Of a stretch of 64,000 nucleotides of DNA, positions 1 to 9,847 are shown piece by piece. Both the position numbers and the translations under genes were made by a program. The stretch is taken from the IMG/VR virus record IMGVR_UViG_3300012157_000001, positions 1-64,000 of that record; one strand, given 5' to 3'. Each line of letters opens with the position of its first letter. The first letter of the stretch is position 1. Under the pieces are notes generated by a model. That model was not told the origin of the DNA and made no database searches. It saw only the letters and a list, made by a program, of their open reading frames with translations. Source of the DNA: a virus (lineage: Duplodnaviria > Caudoviricetes).

Positions 1-492
1 GGATTTCGCGGCGGCGGCGGTGGTGGACGTGGAGGTGGCGGCGGATTTCGCGGCGGAGGTGGCGGCGGATTTCGTCACGGCGGAGGTGGACATCACGGCG
101 GACACCGCCGAGGTCGAGGCGGCATCTTCGTTGGCGGCTCTCCCGCGTACTTCGCGCCGGGCTGGGGCTACCCGTACTGGGACGACTCGTACCCGCTGCA
201 GGTGGTCGTTCCGGAGAACTGCGAGGAAAGTGTTCGATCGGGCTGCTACCAGCGCTGGGGCCACGACGCCGCGAAGATGGCGAGCTGCGTGGCGGACGGA
301 TACAAGGGTTGTGGCCTTCAGGGAATCGGGGCGCTACCTGGATTTGGTCGGATGGGCGTAGCGGTCGCGGTTGCGGCCGTCGTGGGCGGCGCCGTCGGAT
401 ACTTCGCGACGAAAAAGCCCATAGTCGGTATCGCGGGCGCCGTGCTCGGCGCTACGCTGCCCGTCCTGGCCCAATCGCTGCCCGCTCTGTAG
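1..492 (+). CDS. 5'-truncated Gly-rich membrane protein (putative virion protein)
   Basis: Frame of ORF 202..492 is open back to base 1 (GFRGGGGGGRGG...); LQGIG/LPGFG motifs and two C-terminal hydrophobic helices. Confidence 0.7.
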   Translation, partial: GFRGGGGGGRGGGGGFRGGGGGGFRHGGGGHHGGHRRGRGGIFVGGSPAYFAPGWGYPYWDDSYPLQVVVPENCEESVRSGCYQRWGHDAAKMASCVADGYKGCGLQGIGALPGFGRMGVAVAVAAVVGGAVGYFATKKPIVGIAGAVLGATLPVLAQSLPAL

Positions 493-506
493 CCCGGACA
501 GGTTTT

Positions 507-536
507 TTGCGTCGGTAGAGGGCGCGCGGGTAGTCT
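507..536 (+). promoter_or_regulatory. sigma70-like promoter
   Basis: TTGCGT-N18-TAGTCT upstream of ATG 552; same geometry recurs through the window. Confidence 0.5.
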
Positions 537-551
537 GGGCTTCGGGCCCGT

Positions 552-1088
552 ATGCCGACGCCGACGCTCACCGACTCGCCGCCAACGTGGTTCGGTCCCT
601 TCCGGGGACCCGAGACGACGATCAACACGATGCGGCAGCTGTGCCTCGGGGCACGCGGCGAACGCTCGATGCTCGTGCGCGGTGCGGTCGAGTACTGCAC
701 CCGAGGGCTCCTGAACAAGGACTACCTGTCCGAAATCCTGTCCATCCGAAACTTCGCCGCCGAGAAGGTCCGGTATCAGAACGACCCCGTGGCGCTGGAA
801 TTGGTGAAAGATCCGCAGCGCCTCATTGAAGAGGTTGCGCGGCACGGGATGGCGATCGGCGATTGCGACGATCTAGCCTTGCTGCTCGCGACGATGGGAC
901 GACAGCTCGGCAGGGAGTCGGAGTTCATCACCGTAGGCTTCGGTGCGCCGAACAATTTCTCACACGTGTTCACTCGCGTGAAGGAGCCGAAGACATCGCG
1001 CTGGATCGTGCTGGATCCGGTCGCGGGGACCAAAGAAGGCGCGATGCTCGCGCGTGTCACGACCTGGCGCGCCTGGAAGATCGATTGA
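552..1088 (+). CDS. Transglutaminase-like (papain-fold) cysteine enzyme; candidate maturation protease or cross-linker
   Basis: GDCDD (Cys), FSHVF (His), WIVLDP (Asp) in the order typical of transglutaminase-like domains. Confidence 0.8.
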   Translation: MPTPTLTDSPPTWFGPFRGPETTINTMRQLCLGARGERSMLVRGAVEYCTRGLLNKDYLSEILSIRNFAAEKVRYQNDPVALELVKDPQRLIEEVARHGMAIGDCDDLALLLATMGRQLGRESEFITVGFGAPNNFSHVFTRVKEPKTSRWIVLDPVAGTKEGAMLARVTTWRAWKID

Positions 1089-1100
1089 AGGAGCCAAACG

Positions 1101-1982
1101 ATGTACGTTCCCGTATTGCGAGGACTCGGATTGTTGGAGCCTACTGCCGGCGGACTTACCGTGCGCTCCGCGGCGACCTGCATCTCCGCCGACGAGCAGA
1201 AGGAGGCGCAGTCGAAGTGCGCGCCGCCGGTGAACCTACGCGGGTTCGGTCAGATGGCCATGGCGCCACGGACCACGCCGATGGCAGGGCGGCTCGCCGG
1301 AATGGATCCATGCGCGGCACTGAAGTTGCCCGTGTGTCCGACGCCGAAGTGTCTGGACGCGACGACGATCGCGATGATCATGGGATGCGCAACTGGTGCG
1401 CCGCCCGCGGGTGTCAACTGTTCGGATCCCTGGACACAATGGACGCTCATCGCTCTCGGGTTCTCCAAGCTTCCGTTCTGCCAGCGCCCGGCGCAGCTGA
1501 CGCTTCCCACGTGTCTCACGAAGGATCAGCTCGCAATGGTGTTCTATTGCCAGCGGTATCCGAAGTTCGACGGCCCGGACAAGGCGATGAATGCCAAGTG
1601 CTGGCTGTTCGGGCACGACACGGCGTTTTGGGGCACATACCAGAACAAGCTGCTCTGCGTGACGCCCGCGGCACCGCCAGCTCCGCCGCCGGTGCTGAGG
1701 CCTCCGCCGGTGCTGAAAGCGCCACCGGTCGTCGCGCAACCTCCGCCGGTGCTGAAAGCGCCACCGGTCGTCGTAGCGAAGCCGCCGCCTGTGCTCGTGT
1801 CGCCCCCACTGCTTGTCGCGCCACCGGTCATCGCGCCGCCCCCGCCGATGCTGGAGCCGCCGGTCCAGAAGGCGGGGATCGGCGTTGGCGGTCTGCTGGC
1901 GATTGCCGCGGGCGTTGCGGTCGGAGGCTGGTTGCTCTTCGGTAGAAAGAAGAAAAAGCTGCCGGGTCAGGCCGCCGCCTAG
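1101..1982 (+). CDS. Cys-rich, Pro-stalked, C-terminally anchored membrane protein
   Basis: SD AAGGAG; many Cys, PPPVLK repeats, TM helix then RKKKK. Confidence 0.75.
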   Translation: MYVPVLRGLGLLEPTAGGLTVRSAATCISADEQKEAQSKCAPPVNLRGFGQMAMAPRTTPMAGRLAGMDPCAALKLPVCPTPKCLDATTIAMIMGCATGAPPAGVNCSDPWTQWTLIALGFSKLPFCQRPAQLTLPTCLTKDQLAMVFYCQRYPKFDGPDKAMNAKCWLFGHDTAFWGTYQNKLLCVTPAAPPAPPPVLRPPPVLKAPPVVAQPPPVLKAPPVVVAKPPPVLVSPPLLVAPPVIAPPPPMLEPPVQKAGIGVGGLLAIAAGVAVGGWLLFGRKKKKLPGQAAA

Positions 1983-2034
1983 GCCGGTTGCACGAAAGTC
2001 GCCGAGTTCCACGAACCAAGGTAGGTTTTCATTC

Positions 2035-2805
2035 ATGCCGCACTACCCGACGTATCCCACTCAACCATTTACGGGGCAGCCTCCGTCGATGTGGTCGGAC
2101 GTCAACCGAGCGAGCGACACGCGGTACTCGTCGAGCACCGCTCCGTACTACCAGGCGAAGATCGATGCGGCGCACGGACGACACCTCGCCGGATCGGACG
2201 ACGAGGTGCAGGACGAGCAGGCGAACCAAGGGTATGCCCTGAACGAGCTCCGGCTGATGGCGGAGATGGACGACATCCAGGGCAACGGAGTCTTCGACAA
2301 CCCGCAGGTGACGCCGCCGAACATCCACGGCGACGCCGGTGTGTTTTCGGCGCGCTTCTCGCTTCCAGGTTATCTGGCGCGCGAGCGCATGTTCGCGCCG
2401 AGCGAGGTCCGCGACGTCACGACGGGTCGTCCGATCATTCCGGTGCCGAACAGCCCGGTGGCGTTCGACACGAACGAGCAGGTCGCATACATCGAGCGCG
2501 GGCTGCACCAGCCGTTCGGGCCCGTCGTCAGCGAGACGTCGCGCGGCGACATGCCCTACGAGTCGATCGTCAACGTCGTGCAGAACCCGGAGCGGATCAA
2601 GATTGGCGTGCCGTACCCGCCGCCTGCGCCTCAGTCGACGCATCCACCGCAGCCGACGGCAGGTTTCTGGCCGGCCACGGACGGAAAGAAGGCGGTCGTG
2701 CTGGTCGGCAGCGCCGCGGTCGCCGTGGGCGTGCTCTGGTTCGTTCTCAAGGGGCAGAAGAAGAAGCCGATGGCAGCGAACCGCAGGCGCGGGCGGAGGC
2801 ACTGA
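2035..2805 (+). CDS. C-terminally anchored membrane protein with basic tail
   Basis: ATG 2035 is 7 nt after TAGGTT; C-terminal TM then KKKPMAANRRRGRRH. Confidence 0.7.
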   Translation: MPHYPTYPTQPFTGQPPSMWSDVNRASDTRYSSSTAPYYQAKIDAAHGRHLAGSDDEVQDEQANQGYALNELRLMAEMDDIQGNGVFDNPQVTPPNIHGDAGVFSARFSLPGYLARERMFAPSEVRDVTTGRPIIPVPNSPVAFDTNEQVAYIERGLHQPFGPVVSETSRGDMPYESIVNVVQNPERIKIGVPYPPPAPQSTHPPQPTAGFWPATDGKKAVVLVGSAAVAVGVLWFVLKGQKKKPMAANRRRGRRH

Positions 2806-2808
2806 GCG

Positions 2809-3357
2809 ATGAACAACGGACTCGGTGAGTACTTCAGCGATCAGGCCGCGTTGCCGGCGGCGCCGCAGCACCCCGCAATGTCGGGCCCGACGGCGTTCGA
2901 GTCGCCGGTACCGCCCACGCGCATGACGCCGCTCATGCCCTCGTCGCGCCTGCCGCAGATCAGCGGCATGGGTGACACTGGCATGGGCATCTTCGGCCCG
3001 ACCACAGGCATGGGAGCGTTCAACATGGGCCCGGTGCCGGCGCCTCGGCAGCCGGGCGCGTTTCGCCGGGTCGCGAGCCGGGTCTCTCCGTTCGCTGGAG
3101 CGCTCGGCGACATGGGCGACGTGATCACCGACGCGAAGTCGGGGTTCGTCTCGGGCGCAGCCGCCGCGACGACGCTGACGGGAATCATCCTCGGGATGGG
3201 CCTCCGCTTCGGCGCGGGCTGGATCGTCGGCAAGGCGCTCGCTCCGTCGGCGAAGGACGAAAAGGCGTACACCTGGGGTGGCGCCATCGGGAGCGTGCTC
3301 TTCGGGTCGATCGGTCTCGGAATCGAGGCGCTCGTCGCACAGAACGCGAGGAAGTGA
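2809..3357 (+). CDS. Membrane protein with GLG/GMG motifs
   Basis: Starts MNNGLGEYF (same motif as the repeats in 16327..18567); 2-3 hydrophobic segments. Confidence 0.7.
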   Translation: MNNGLGEYFSDQAALPAAPQHPAMSGPTAFESPVPPTRMTPLMPSSRLPQISGMGDTGMGIFGPTTGMGAFNMGPVPAPRQPGAFRRVASRVSPFAGALGDMGDVITDAKSGFVSGAAAATTLTGIILGMGLRFGAGWIVGKALAPSAKDEKAYTWGGAIGSVLFGSIGLGIEALVAQNARK

Positions 3358-3370
3358 GAGCGGCGCCGGC

Positions 3371-6300
3371 ATGTCGATGAACTCGAACGTCGGTCCGCTC
3401 GGGCAGGGCGCCGTCGCGCAGTCGCAGATGGTTGCTGCCGCAGACGTGAGCGGATTGCCGACCGGATCACTCCTGTGGGCTGACCACGCGAACGAGTTTT
3501 GGGTCGTGGTTCCGGGCGGAGTAGCGCCGATCAGTCTGCTGGCCGAGCGTGCCGGGCGTCCACCGCCGGACGGTGAGCCGGCGATTGGGATGGCTCCGGA
3601 GTTTGCGCTCGTGCGAGAAGGCGACGGCCGCGTGCCGACGCACGGCACGGCGCAACGCCACGTCATTGCATGGGTCCAGAAGGCGCAGCGAGCGCATCCG
3701 AATCCGGCGCACCTGACGCTCGACGGGCAGTTTCGATCTGGGCTTGGACGCCAGGAAGCCTCGCACCTCGCGCTGGACGGCACGTTTTCGTTCGGTGTCG
3801 GCAGCAAGGACGACCGGCACGTGTCCAATGCCCGTCGCCGCGGCGCCCGCGCGGAGGAGCATGGCGCGGTCGTCGTCACGGCCGTGTTGTACCGAGGCAT
3901 CTGGGCGGTGCCGATACGCATCGAAGTTCGGTCTCAGCCAGGGCCCGCACTGGTGCAGTTCTCGTATGAGGAGAAGCGTGCTCGCGAGACGCACGTCCGG
4001 CTGATGAGCGCACTCGCTCAGCTAGGATGGCCACTCGACGCGACGGTCACGGTGCACGTCGACCAGGGCGCGGTTGCAGGCGCAGCAGGATACGCCGGCC
4101 TCGACCTGCCCATTGCGCTCGGTATGCTCGCGCTGAAGGGCCACGTGCCCCGCGAGTCACTCCGCGGAACCATGGCGGTTGGTGAGCTGGCGCTCGACGG
4201 AAGCCTGCGACCGATTCGCGGCGCGGCCGTCGCGGCGGTCGGCGCAAACGTGGACGACGAGACTGAGCTGCTGCTGGTGCCGGCGGAAAACGAGGTAGAG
4301 GCACGGTTCCTCGCCCAAAAACCTGTCATGTCGTTCGGCAATCTGTCGGAAGTCGTGTCGTACATGCAGACACGGGAGATTCCGCACGAGCCGCCCATCG
4401 AGTTCAGGCCGTGCAAGGCTGGCTATGAGGCGCACGACCCCGGGCTTCCGCCGGAAGCGGTGCAAGCGGCACAGCGTGGCCAGAATCTACTGCTAGTCGG
4501 GCCGCCTGGCGCCGGCAAGATGATGGCGGCGCGCTACATCCACTCGACGCTTGCGCGGCTCTCGGTGGCTGACGCAAAGGAGCTCACGGAGATCTACAGC
4601 GTCGCGGGGCTACTGCAGAACCACTACGCCTGTGCGCGTCCGTTCCGTGCGCCGCATCACACCGTGAGCGAAGCGGGTCTCATTGGCGGAGGTGAGGTGG
4701 TCAGGCCTGGAGAGGTAACGCTCGCGCACCGTGGCGTACTGATGCTGGACGAGGTCACGGAGTTCCGGAAGTCGACGCTATTCCCTCTATCAAGGGCACT
4801 TCAAGAGGGCCGAGTCGTATTCAGTCGTGGCGGGACGTCCATTGGGCTTCCGTCGAGCCCTCTTGTCGTGATCGCTACCGCGCTACCATGTCCGTGTGGC
4901 CACTTCGGAACGTCGCGCTGCCGATGCAGCACGCTGGCGGTGGCTAGCCACGAGGAACGCCTCCGCGAGGTGCAGTCGTTCTTCGCGATGCTGCGAGTCG
5001 ATCTGCAGCCCTTGACGGTGGCCGAGATGACGGGAGGCGCCATGCGTCGGAACGCCAAGGGCGACATCATTTGGCAGGACAACCTGCTGACGTGGAAGTC
5101 GGTGGGTGAAGATCGATCTGGGCAGCCCCGCGGCATCGAGATGATTGCCTCGGGCGAAGGGCGCGTGCGAGCCCAGGAGATGCTGGAAGAACGGCAGAGC
5201 CCACACTTCCGTCGCAGCCCACTCTCTCAGGAGATCGACTTTCTCGAAGTGGCGCTCGGCAACGGCTGGAGCACCGTGCCGCCGGAGGACATCGGTGCGC
5301 TCACGGATGCGACGATCGTGAGCCAGGACGGCTTCGTCGGCGACGACGGGAAATGGTACCCGCACCCGGAGGTCGAGGCACCGATCGTTTACGCGCACAT
5401 GAACTACGCCGTGGAAGATCCGGTCGAGATGTGGGCCGAGGGCAAGCCGGTGTTCTGGATGGCGGACGTTCTCACTGTGAACGACGAGCAGCGCACCCGA
5501 GCGAGAGAGGAGTTGTCGAGCGCCATGGGCGAAGCCTACGAGTCGAACGCACGCAAGAACGTCACGGCCGTGATCAACGCCTTCCTCGCTGGGCGGCGGC
5601 ACAGTGAAAAGACGTGCAGCACCGACGGTTGGCGGCTGTACTCGTACGCGCTGCTGATCGCGGCGAGGGTCGACGCTAAGGGAGAACCGGTAGACGTGGG
5701 CGCACCCGGCGCGCGCGTAGTGGTGCTCGACAAGCGTCTGTCGCCGAGTGCCACGACCAGCACCCAGATCAACGCCGTGCTCTCGGCCGTTTCCGGCGCC
5801 CAGGTCGTCGACGACATGCCGTATGCCGCTCGGTATCTGCCGAATGCGGATCAGAAACCGAATGCTCGGAAGGGCCAGTTCAAGGCCCCGGCTTCACTGA
5901 GTCCCGCGGAGAAGTTTTTCTTCGAGTGGGCTGGTGGCAGCTACACCGCTGGCGCGAGCACAGCGCAACGAAAACGCGAACGTATCGATCAAGCCAAGGC
6001 GATGGCCGCGGCGGAGGCAGAGGGGGAAGATCGCGGATGGAAGGTCGAGTGGGACTACGATCAGGAGCCGGACATCTCGTGGATGGACGACGAGCAGCGC
6101 GAGGAGCTGGAGCGCGGAGCCACGGAGATGCTCGTCGCGTTGCTTCGTGACGAAAACGGCAACGTGCTAGCAAGCCTAGGCGGCGTGCACGTGAGCGCAC
6201 GTGGAGGTCGCGACCCTTACGGACGGGTTGTGGAAGCGGAGCTCATCCAGGAGGCTCTGGAAGCCGAGCGCAGCTCCGGAACCGCGATGGCGCTCAACCG

Positions 6301-6553
6301 CGGAAAGCGACGGCAGGCGCGCAACCCGGTATTCCGGCACATGGATCTCGGCGAAATCGAACAGGTACTGGGCGCTCAAGAGATCGCTAGAGTCATGTCG
6401 TCGGATCGTCCGGAGGCGCACGCGAAGTCCCGCGCCGCCGGATGGTGGGACGCGAACGAGCCGGACTACCACGACGCCTACACGAATCTCGCGCGTATGC
6501 TCAAGGCAGGCGTGCTCGACGACCTGGTCGCAGAGGCACGCGGAGCCCGCTGA
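3371..6553 (+). CDS. Multi-module protein with a degenerate ComM/YifB (Mg-chelatase-like AAA+) domain plus 4-5 unrelated modules
   Basis: GLDLPIALG, GELALDGSLRPIRG, GPPGAGK, RPFRAPHH, PGEVTLAHRGVLMLDE, PCPCG are ComM/YifB signatures (~3860-5010); modules separated by Asn/basic linkers. Confidence 0.8.
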   Translation: MSMNSNVGPLGQGAVAQSQMVAAADVSGLPTGSLLWADHANEFWVVVPGGVAPISLLAERAGRPPPDGEPAIGMAPEFALVREGDGRVPTHGTAQRHVIAWVQKAQRAHPNPAHLTLDGQFRSGLGRQEASHLALDGTFSFGVGSKDDRHVSNARRRGARAEEHGAVVVTAVLYRGIWAVPIRIEVRSQPGPALVQFSYEEKRARETHVRLMSALAQLGWPLDATVTVHVDQGAVAGAAGYAGLDLPIALGMLALKGHVPRESLRGTMAVGELALDGSLRPIRGAAVAAVGANVDDETELLLVPAENEVEARFLAQKPVMSFGNLSEVVSYMQTREIPHEPPIEFRPCKAGYEAHDPGLPPEAVQAAQRGQNLLLVGPPGAGKMMAARYIHSTLARLSVADAKELTEIYSVAGLLQNHYACARPFRAPHHTVSEAGLIGGGEVVRPGEVTLAHRGVLMLDEVTEFRKSTLFPLSRALQEGRVVFSRGGTSIGLPSSPLVVIATALPCPCGHFGTSRCRCSTLAVASHEERLREVQSFFAMLRVDLQPLTVAEMTGGAMRRNAKGDIIWQDNLLTWKSVGEDRSGQPRGIEMIASGEGRVRAQEMLEERQSPHFRRSPLSQEIDFLEVALGNGWSTVPPEDIGALTDATIVSQDGFVGDDGKWYPHPEVEAPIVYAHMNYAVEDPVEMWAEGKPVFWMADVLTVNDEQRTRAREELSSAMGEAYESNARKNVTAVINAFLAGRRHSEKTCSTDGWRLYSYALLIAARVDAKGEPVDVGAPGARVVVLDKRLSPSATTSTQINAVLSAVSGAQVVDDMPYAARYLPNADQKPNARKGQFKAPASLSPAEKFFFEWAGGSYTAGASTAQRKRERIDQAKAMAAAEAEGEDRGWKVEWDYDQEPDISWMDDEQREELERGATEMLVALLRDENGNVLASLGGVHVSARGGRDPYGRVVEAELIQEALEAERSSGTAMALNRGKRRQARNPVFRHMDLGEIEQVLGAQEIARVMSSDRPEAHAKSRAAGWWDANEPDYHDAYTNLARMLKAGVLDDLVAEARGAR

Positions 6554-6568
6554 AAGGTGAAACGAACG

Positions 6569-7537
6569 ATGCACTACTCCTACGCACCGAAGCCAGTCGC
6601 CACGACGCCGTGGGGCGCGCCGCTGCAGGGACTCGGACAGTACGAGGTTCCAAACCCGTACGTCTCGACGACGCACCCGTATCCGACGCGATACCACGGC
6701 GGCATCTGGACTCGCCCCGTCTTCGGATATCCGCGGATGGTCTCCGTGCAGTCCGTCTTCAAGTGCGACGACTTCAACGACGGCAACCCGGCGCTGCGCG
6801 GGTTGAACGGTGACTACCAGGTCGGCAATGGTGTCTTCGGTACAGCCAACGGCGGAGGCGGCGTGTTCGGGCCGAGCCTCTACGGGCTCGCCGGGCAGGC
6901 GGACGACATCGACGCAATCGCGAACTACATCTTGAACACCGGTACCGTTTCGACGGCGGCGTTCGACCTCCAGTCCCAGTTTCGGTCCTGGTACAACAAC
7001 CTCGGTCCGTACGATCGCAACTTCAGCGATGACGTGATGGCAAAGGCGACGAGCTATCGCGCTCAGTTCAACGCCGCTAACGTCTCCGGTGGTACTGCTC
7101 CGCTCCAGCCGGCAACGACGTCCTCCTCGGGTGGCGGTGGCGGTGACGCCTTCTCGAAGGCTTCGATCACGAACCTCCAGCAGCTGCTCAACGCATCGCT
7201 CGTCAAGGCAGGATACAATCCGCTCACTCCGGACGGTGCGCTCGGTCCGAGTACGTGCGGCGCGATCCAGACGTATCGGCAGATCACCGGCAATCCGCAG
7301 TCGGGCAACACGTACGACTCCTTCTGCGCAACCAAAAAGCCTTGGAATGCGCCGACCAAGGCGGGCTCTGGCGGTGGCGGCGGTACGCCGACGTACGTGC
7401 CGCCTCCCGTGGCGCCCACGACGCCACAGCCGACGATGCAGGCCGGCATGCTGGGTGCAGGTGCATGGGCGATGGTCGCCGGTGGTGTGCTCGCGATCGG
7501 CGTCGCGGTGGTCGGCAAGAAGAAAGGATGGTTCTGA
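6569..7537 (+). CDS. Membrane-anchored protein with peptidoglycan-binding-like domain
   Basis: LQQLLN..GY.PL..DG.LGPSTCGAI motif; C-terminal TM + KKK. Confidence 0.7.
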   Translation: MHYSYAPKPVATTPWGAPLQGLGQYEVPNPYVSTTHPYPTRYHGGIWTRPVFGYPRMVSVQSVFKCDDFNDGNPALRGLNGDYQVGNGVFGTANGGGGVFGPSLYGLAGQADDIDAIANYILNTGTVSTAAFDLQSQFRSWYNNLGPYDRNFSDDVMAKATSYRAQFNAANVSGGTAPLQPATTSSSGGGGGDAFSKASITNLQQLLNASLVKAGYNPLTPDGALGPSTCGAIQTYRQITGNPQSGNTYDSFCATKKPWNAPTKAGSGGGGGTPTYVPPPVAPTTPQPTMQAGMLGAGAWAMVAGGVLAIGVAVVGKKKGWF

Positions 7538-7539
7538 TC

Positions 7540-8163
7540 ATGTTCTCCAATCTAGGTTCGCTCGGGTCCCGGCGTCGCCGATCGTCCACCAACGGCATCC
7601 TCAGCGGCTTCGGCGCGGTTCCGTCGCAGTGGACTATCGACTCGCGCGTCAAGACGCTGCAGAGCGCTCTGAACTCACAGATGAGCGCGGCGGGCTGCGG
7701 CACGACGCTCAAAGCGGACGGTCTGATCGGTCCGATGACGTGCGGCTCGCTTGCGTGGTCGAAGGCGACTGGATCGCCGCCGCCCTCGTACACCTCATAC
7801 GCGAGTGACATGGACGCCGGATGCCGGTCGATCACGGCGAAGGCTCCGGCGTGTCCAACCGCGGTAGTTCCGCAGCCGTTGCCCGTGGTGGTTCCGGAAC
7901 CGCCGCCGGCTATCGTTACGACGGGGCCGATCATCGTGCCCGGCCCGGTGTCACGCACGCCAGCCGTTCCGGTCGTCGTGCCCGCTGGGCCCGTGCCGCA
8001 GGTCGCGCCGATCATGCCGATGGCTCCAGCGGCATCGGCTGCGAGGAAAGGTACCGACATGAAGACGATCGCGATCATCGGCGGTGCCGTCGTCGCGGTC
8101 GGCCTTGGTGCGTTCCTGCTCCTCGGAAAGAAGAAGCCCAGCGCTCCAGCAAAGGCGGCCTGA
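7540..8163 (+). CDS. Membrane-anchored PG-binding-like protein (paralog of next gene)
   Basis: LQSALN...LKADGLIGPMTC; Pro stalk; TM + KKK. Confidence 0.7.
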   Translation: MFSNLGSLGSRRRRSSTNGILSGFGAVPSQWTIDSRVKTLQSALNSQMSAAGCGTTLKADGLIGPMTCGSLAWSKATGSPPPSYTSYASDMDAGCRSITAKAPACPTAVVPQPLPVVVPEPPPAIVTTGPIIVPGPVSRTPAVPVVVPAGPVPQVAPIMPMAPAASAARKGTDMKTIAIIGGAVVAVGLGAFLLLGKKKPSAPAKAA

Positions 8164-8166
8164 ACC

Positions 8167-9786
8167 ATGACGTCACTCGGATCACTCGGGCCGCGTCTTC
8201 GACGTTCGAAGAGGAACGGAGTTTTCAGCGGACTCGGCGCAGCGCCGTCGCAGTGGACGGTCGATGCGCGCGTGAAGACGATGCAGGGTCAGCTCAATAC
8301 GGTGCTGGCCGGCGCAGGCTGCAGCACAAAGCTGACGACCGACGGCCTCATCGGGCCGGCGAGCTGCGGCGCGCTCGCGTGGGCGAAGGCACGCGGCGCG
8401 CCACCAGCGGCCTACGTCGCAGCGACGGCCGACATAGATGCAGGCTGCAAACCCTTCAAGCCTACCGCGCCGTCCTGCCCGGCGGCCGCTGCGGGGAGCT
8501 ATCCGTACGGGCTCCCGTTTCCCGTCGGAGTGAAGCACGATACTGCGTACAAGTGGCAGTACATGCTGAACAGCGAGCTCGGCGCGCGCGGGATGCCGAC
8601 CGTGCCGGAGGACGGAATCTTCACCACGGCGACGTGTAACGGGATGGGCGCGTTCGTACGCTCGTACAAGGCGGACCCGGACAACCCGACGCCTGACGAC
8701 ACGTTCCTGCAGCTCCTGAATCAATACCAGACCAACATCGTGTCCGCGTGCCAGGCGATGGCGATGCCGACCACGACGACGGCCGTCCCTGTGGTGGCGC
8801 CGGCTCCGGTTGCGCCGACCGTCAGCGGTGCGGATCTGATGAAGCAGCAGCAGACGATGCTGAATACTTGGCTCGTCAGCGTCGGCTACCAACCGATTCG
8901 CGTCACCGGAGCCTGGGACGGACCGACGTGCGGCGCCGGTCAATTCATGACCAAGACGCTACCGGACACGGACCCGACCAAGCTCGCGCTGGCAAAGGTG
9001 CTCGCGCAGATAAAGCCCCTGCTCGGCATGCCGTGCGGGGTCACCGTGACGCCGGTGGCGCCGATAAGGCCACCCGTTGCGCCGCCGACGAGCGCTCAGA
9101 TTCTGCAGATGCAGAAGCTCATCAACTCCGAGGTGCTGCGGCCCGGAGGCTATAAGCTGATCCCGGAAGACGGAAAGCTCGCGGCCGCTACCTGCGGCGC
9201 GGCGAGCGACACGGCATCTGCGGCGAGCATCGGTCGGATCAAGGTGTCGTCGACGCTCCAGACGTTGCTCAATCATCCGGGACTGCTTCCGGCGTGTCTT
9301 CCGATGAAGCCGTGGACGTTTCCGACGGTGGCCCCGGCCCCGGTGGCCGCAGGACCGTCACGTTCGCCAGCGCTTCCGCCGCTCAACCGAGACGGCGAGT
9401 GCGTCATCAACTTCGGACAGACGTACACCGAGATCGGCGTGCTGCAACAGCAGCTGAACGACGTCCTGGCTCAGAACGGATACAAGCCGATCCCGATAAC
9501 GAACAGGTGGGACGCCGCGACGTGCGGCGCGATGTTCGAGCTCGGCGGTAAGTTCTCGCCGCGGCCCTCGTCAGCCTGTCCGCACTACTACTCCGTGCCG
9601 CTTTCGTGCCCGACCGTCACGAAGCCAATGATCGCGCTGCCGCCTGCTCCGGTCGCCAAAAAGACGAACCTCGCGGTCCCGCTCGGTATCGCCGCGCTCG
9701 TCGGAGTCGCAGCCCTGGTCATCGCGAAAAAGAAGGGCCTGATTATGGCGGCGAAGGCCGCCGGACCCGCCGCTACAGCGGTGTAG
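8167..9786 (+). CDS. Membrane-anchored protein with about 5 Cys-containing PG-binding-like repeats
   Basis: Repeated Q..LN..L...GY.PI...G.....TCGA units; TM + KKK. Confidence 0.75.
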   Translation: MTSLGSLGPRLRRSKRNGVFSGLGAAPSQWTVDARVKTMQGQLNTVLAGAGCSTKLTTDGLIGPASCGALAWAKARGAPPAAYVAATADIDAGCKPFKPTAPSCPAAAAGSYPYGLPFPVGVKHDTAYKWQYMLNSELGARGMPTVPEDGIFTTATCNGMGAFVRSYKADPDNPTPDDTFLQLLNQYQTNIVSACQAMAMPTTTTAVPVVAPAPVAPTVSGADLMKQQQTMLNTWLVSVGYQPIRVTGAWDGPTCGAGQFMTKTLPDTDPTKLALAKVLAQIKPLLGMPCGVTVTPVAPIRPPVAPPTSAQILQMQKLINSEVLRPGGYKLIPEDGKLAAATCGAASDTASAASIGRIKVSSTLQTLLNHPGLLPACLPMKPWTFPTVAPAPVAAGPSRSPALPPLNRDGECVINFGQTYTEIGVLQQQLNDVLAQNGYKPIPITNRWDAATCGAMFELGGKFSPRPSSACPHYYSVPLSCPTVTKPMIALPPAPVAKKTNLAVPLGIAALVGVAALVIAKKKGLIMAAKAAGPAATAV

Positions 9787-9847
9787 TCACAGTCGTCCAA
9801 AAGCGACGGCGTGAATCACTTGGGGAAGCGTGTCGTCTAATGGGCAC

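Noticed and set aside
3371-6553. Host comM interrupted by prophage integration
   Set aside because: The ComM part is fused in-frame within a viral-type ORF; no att site, integrase or host genes nearby
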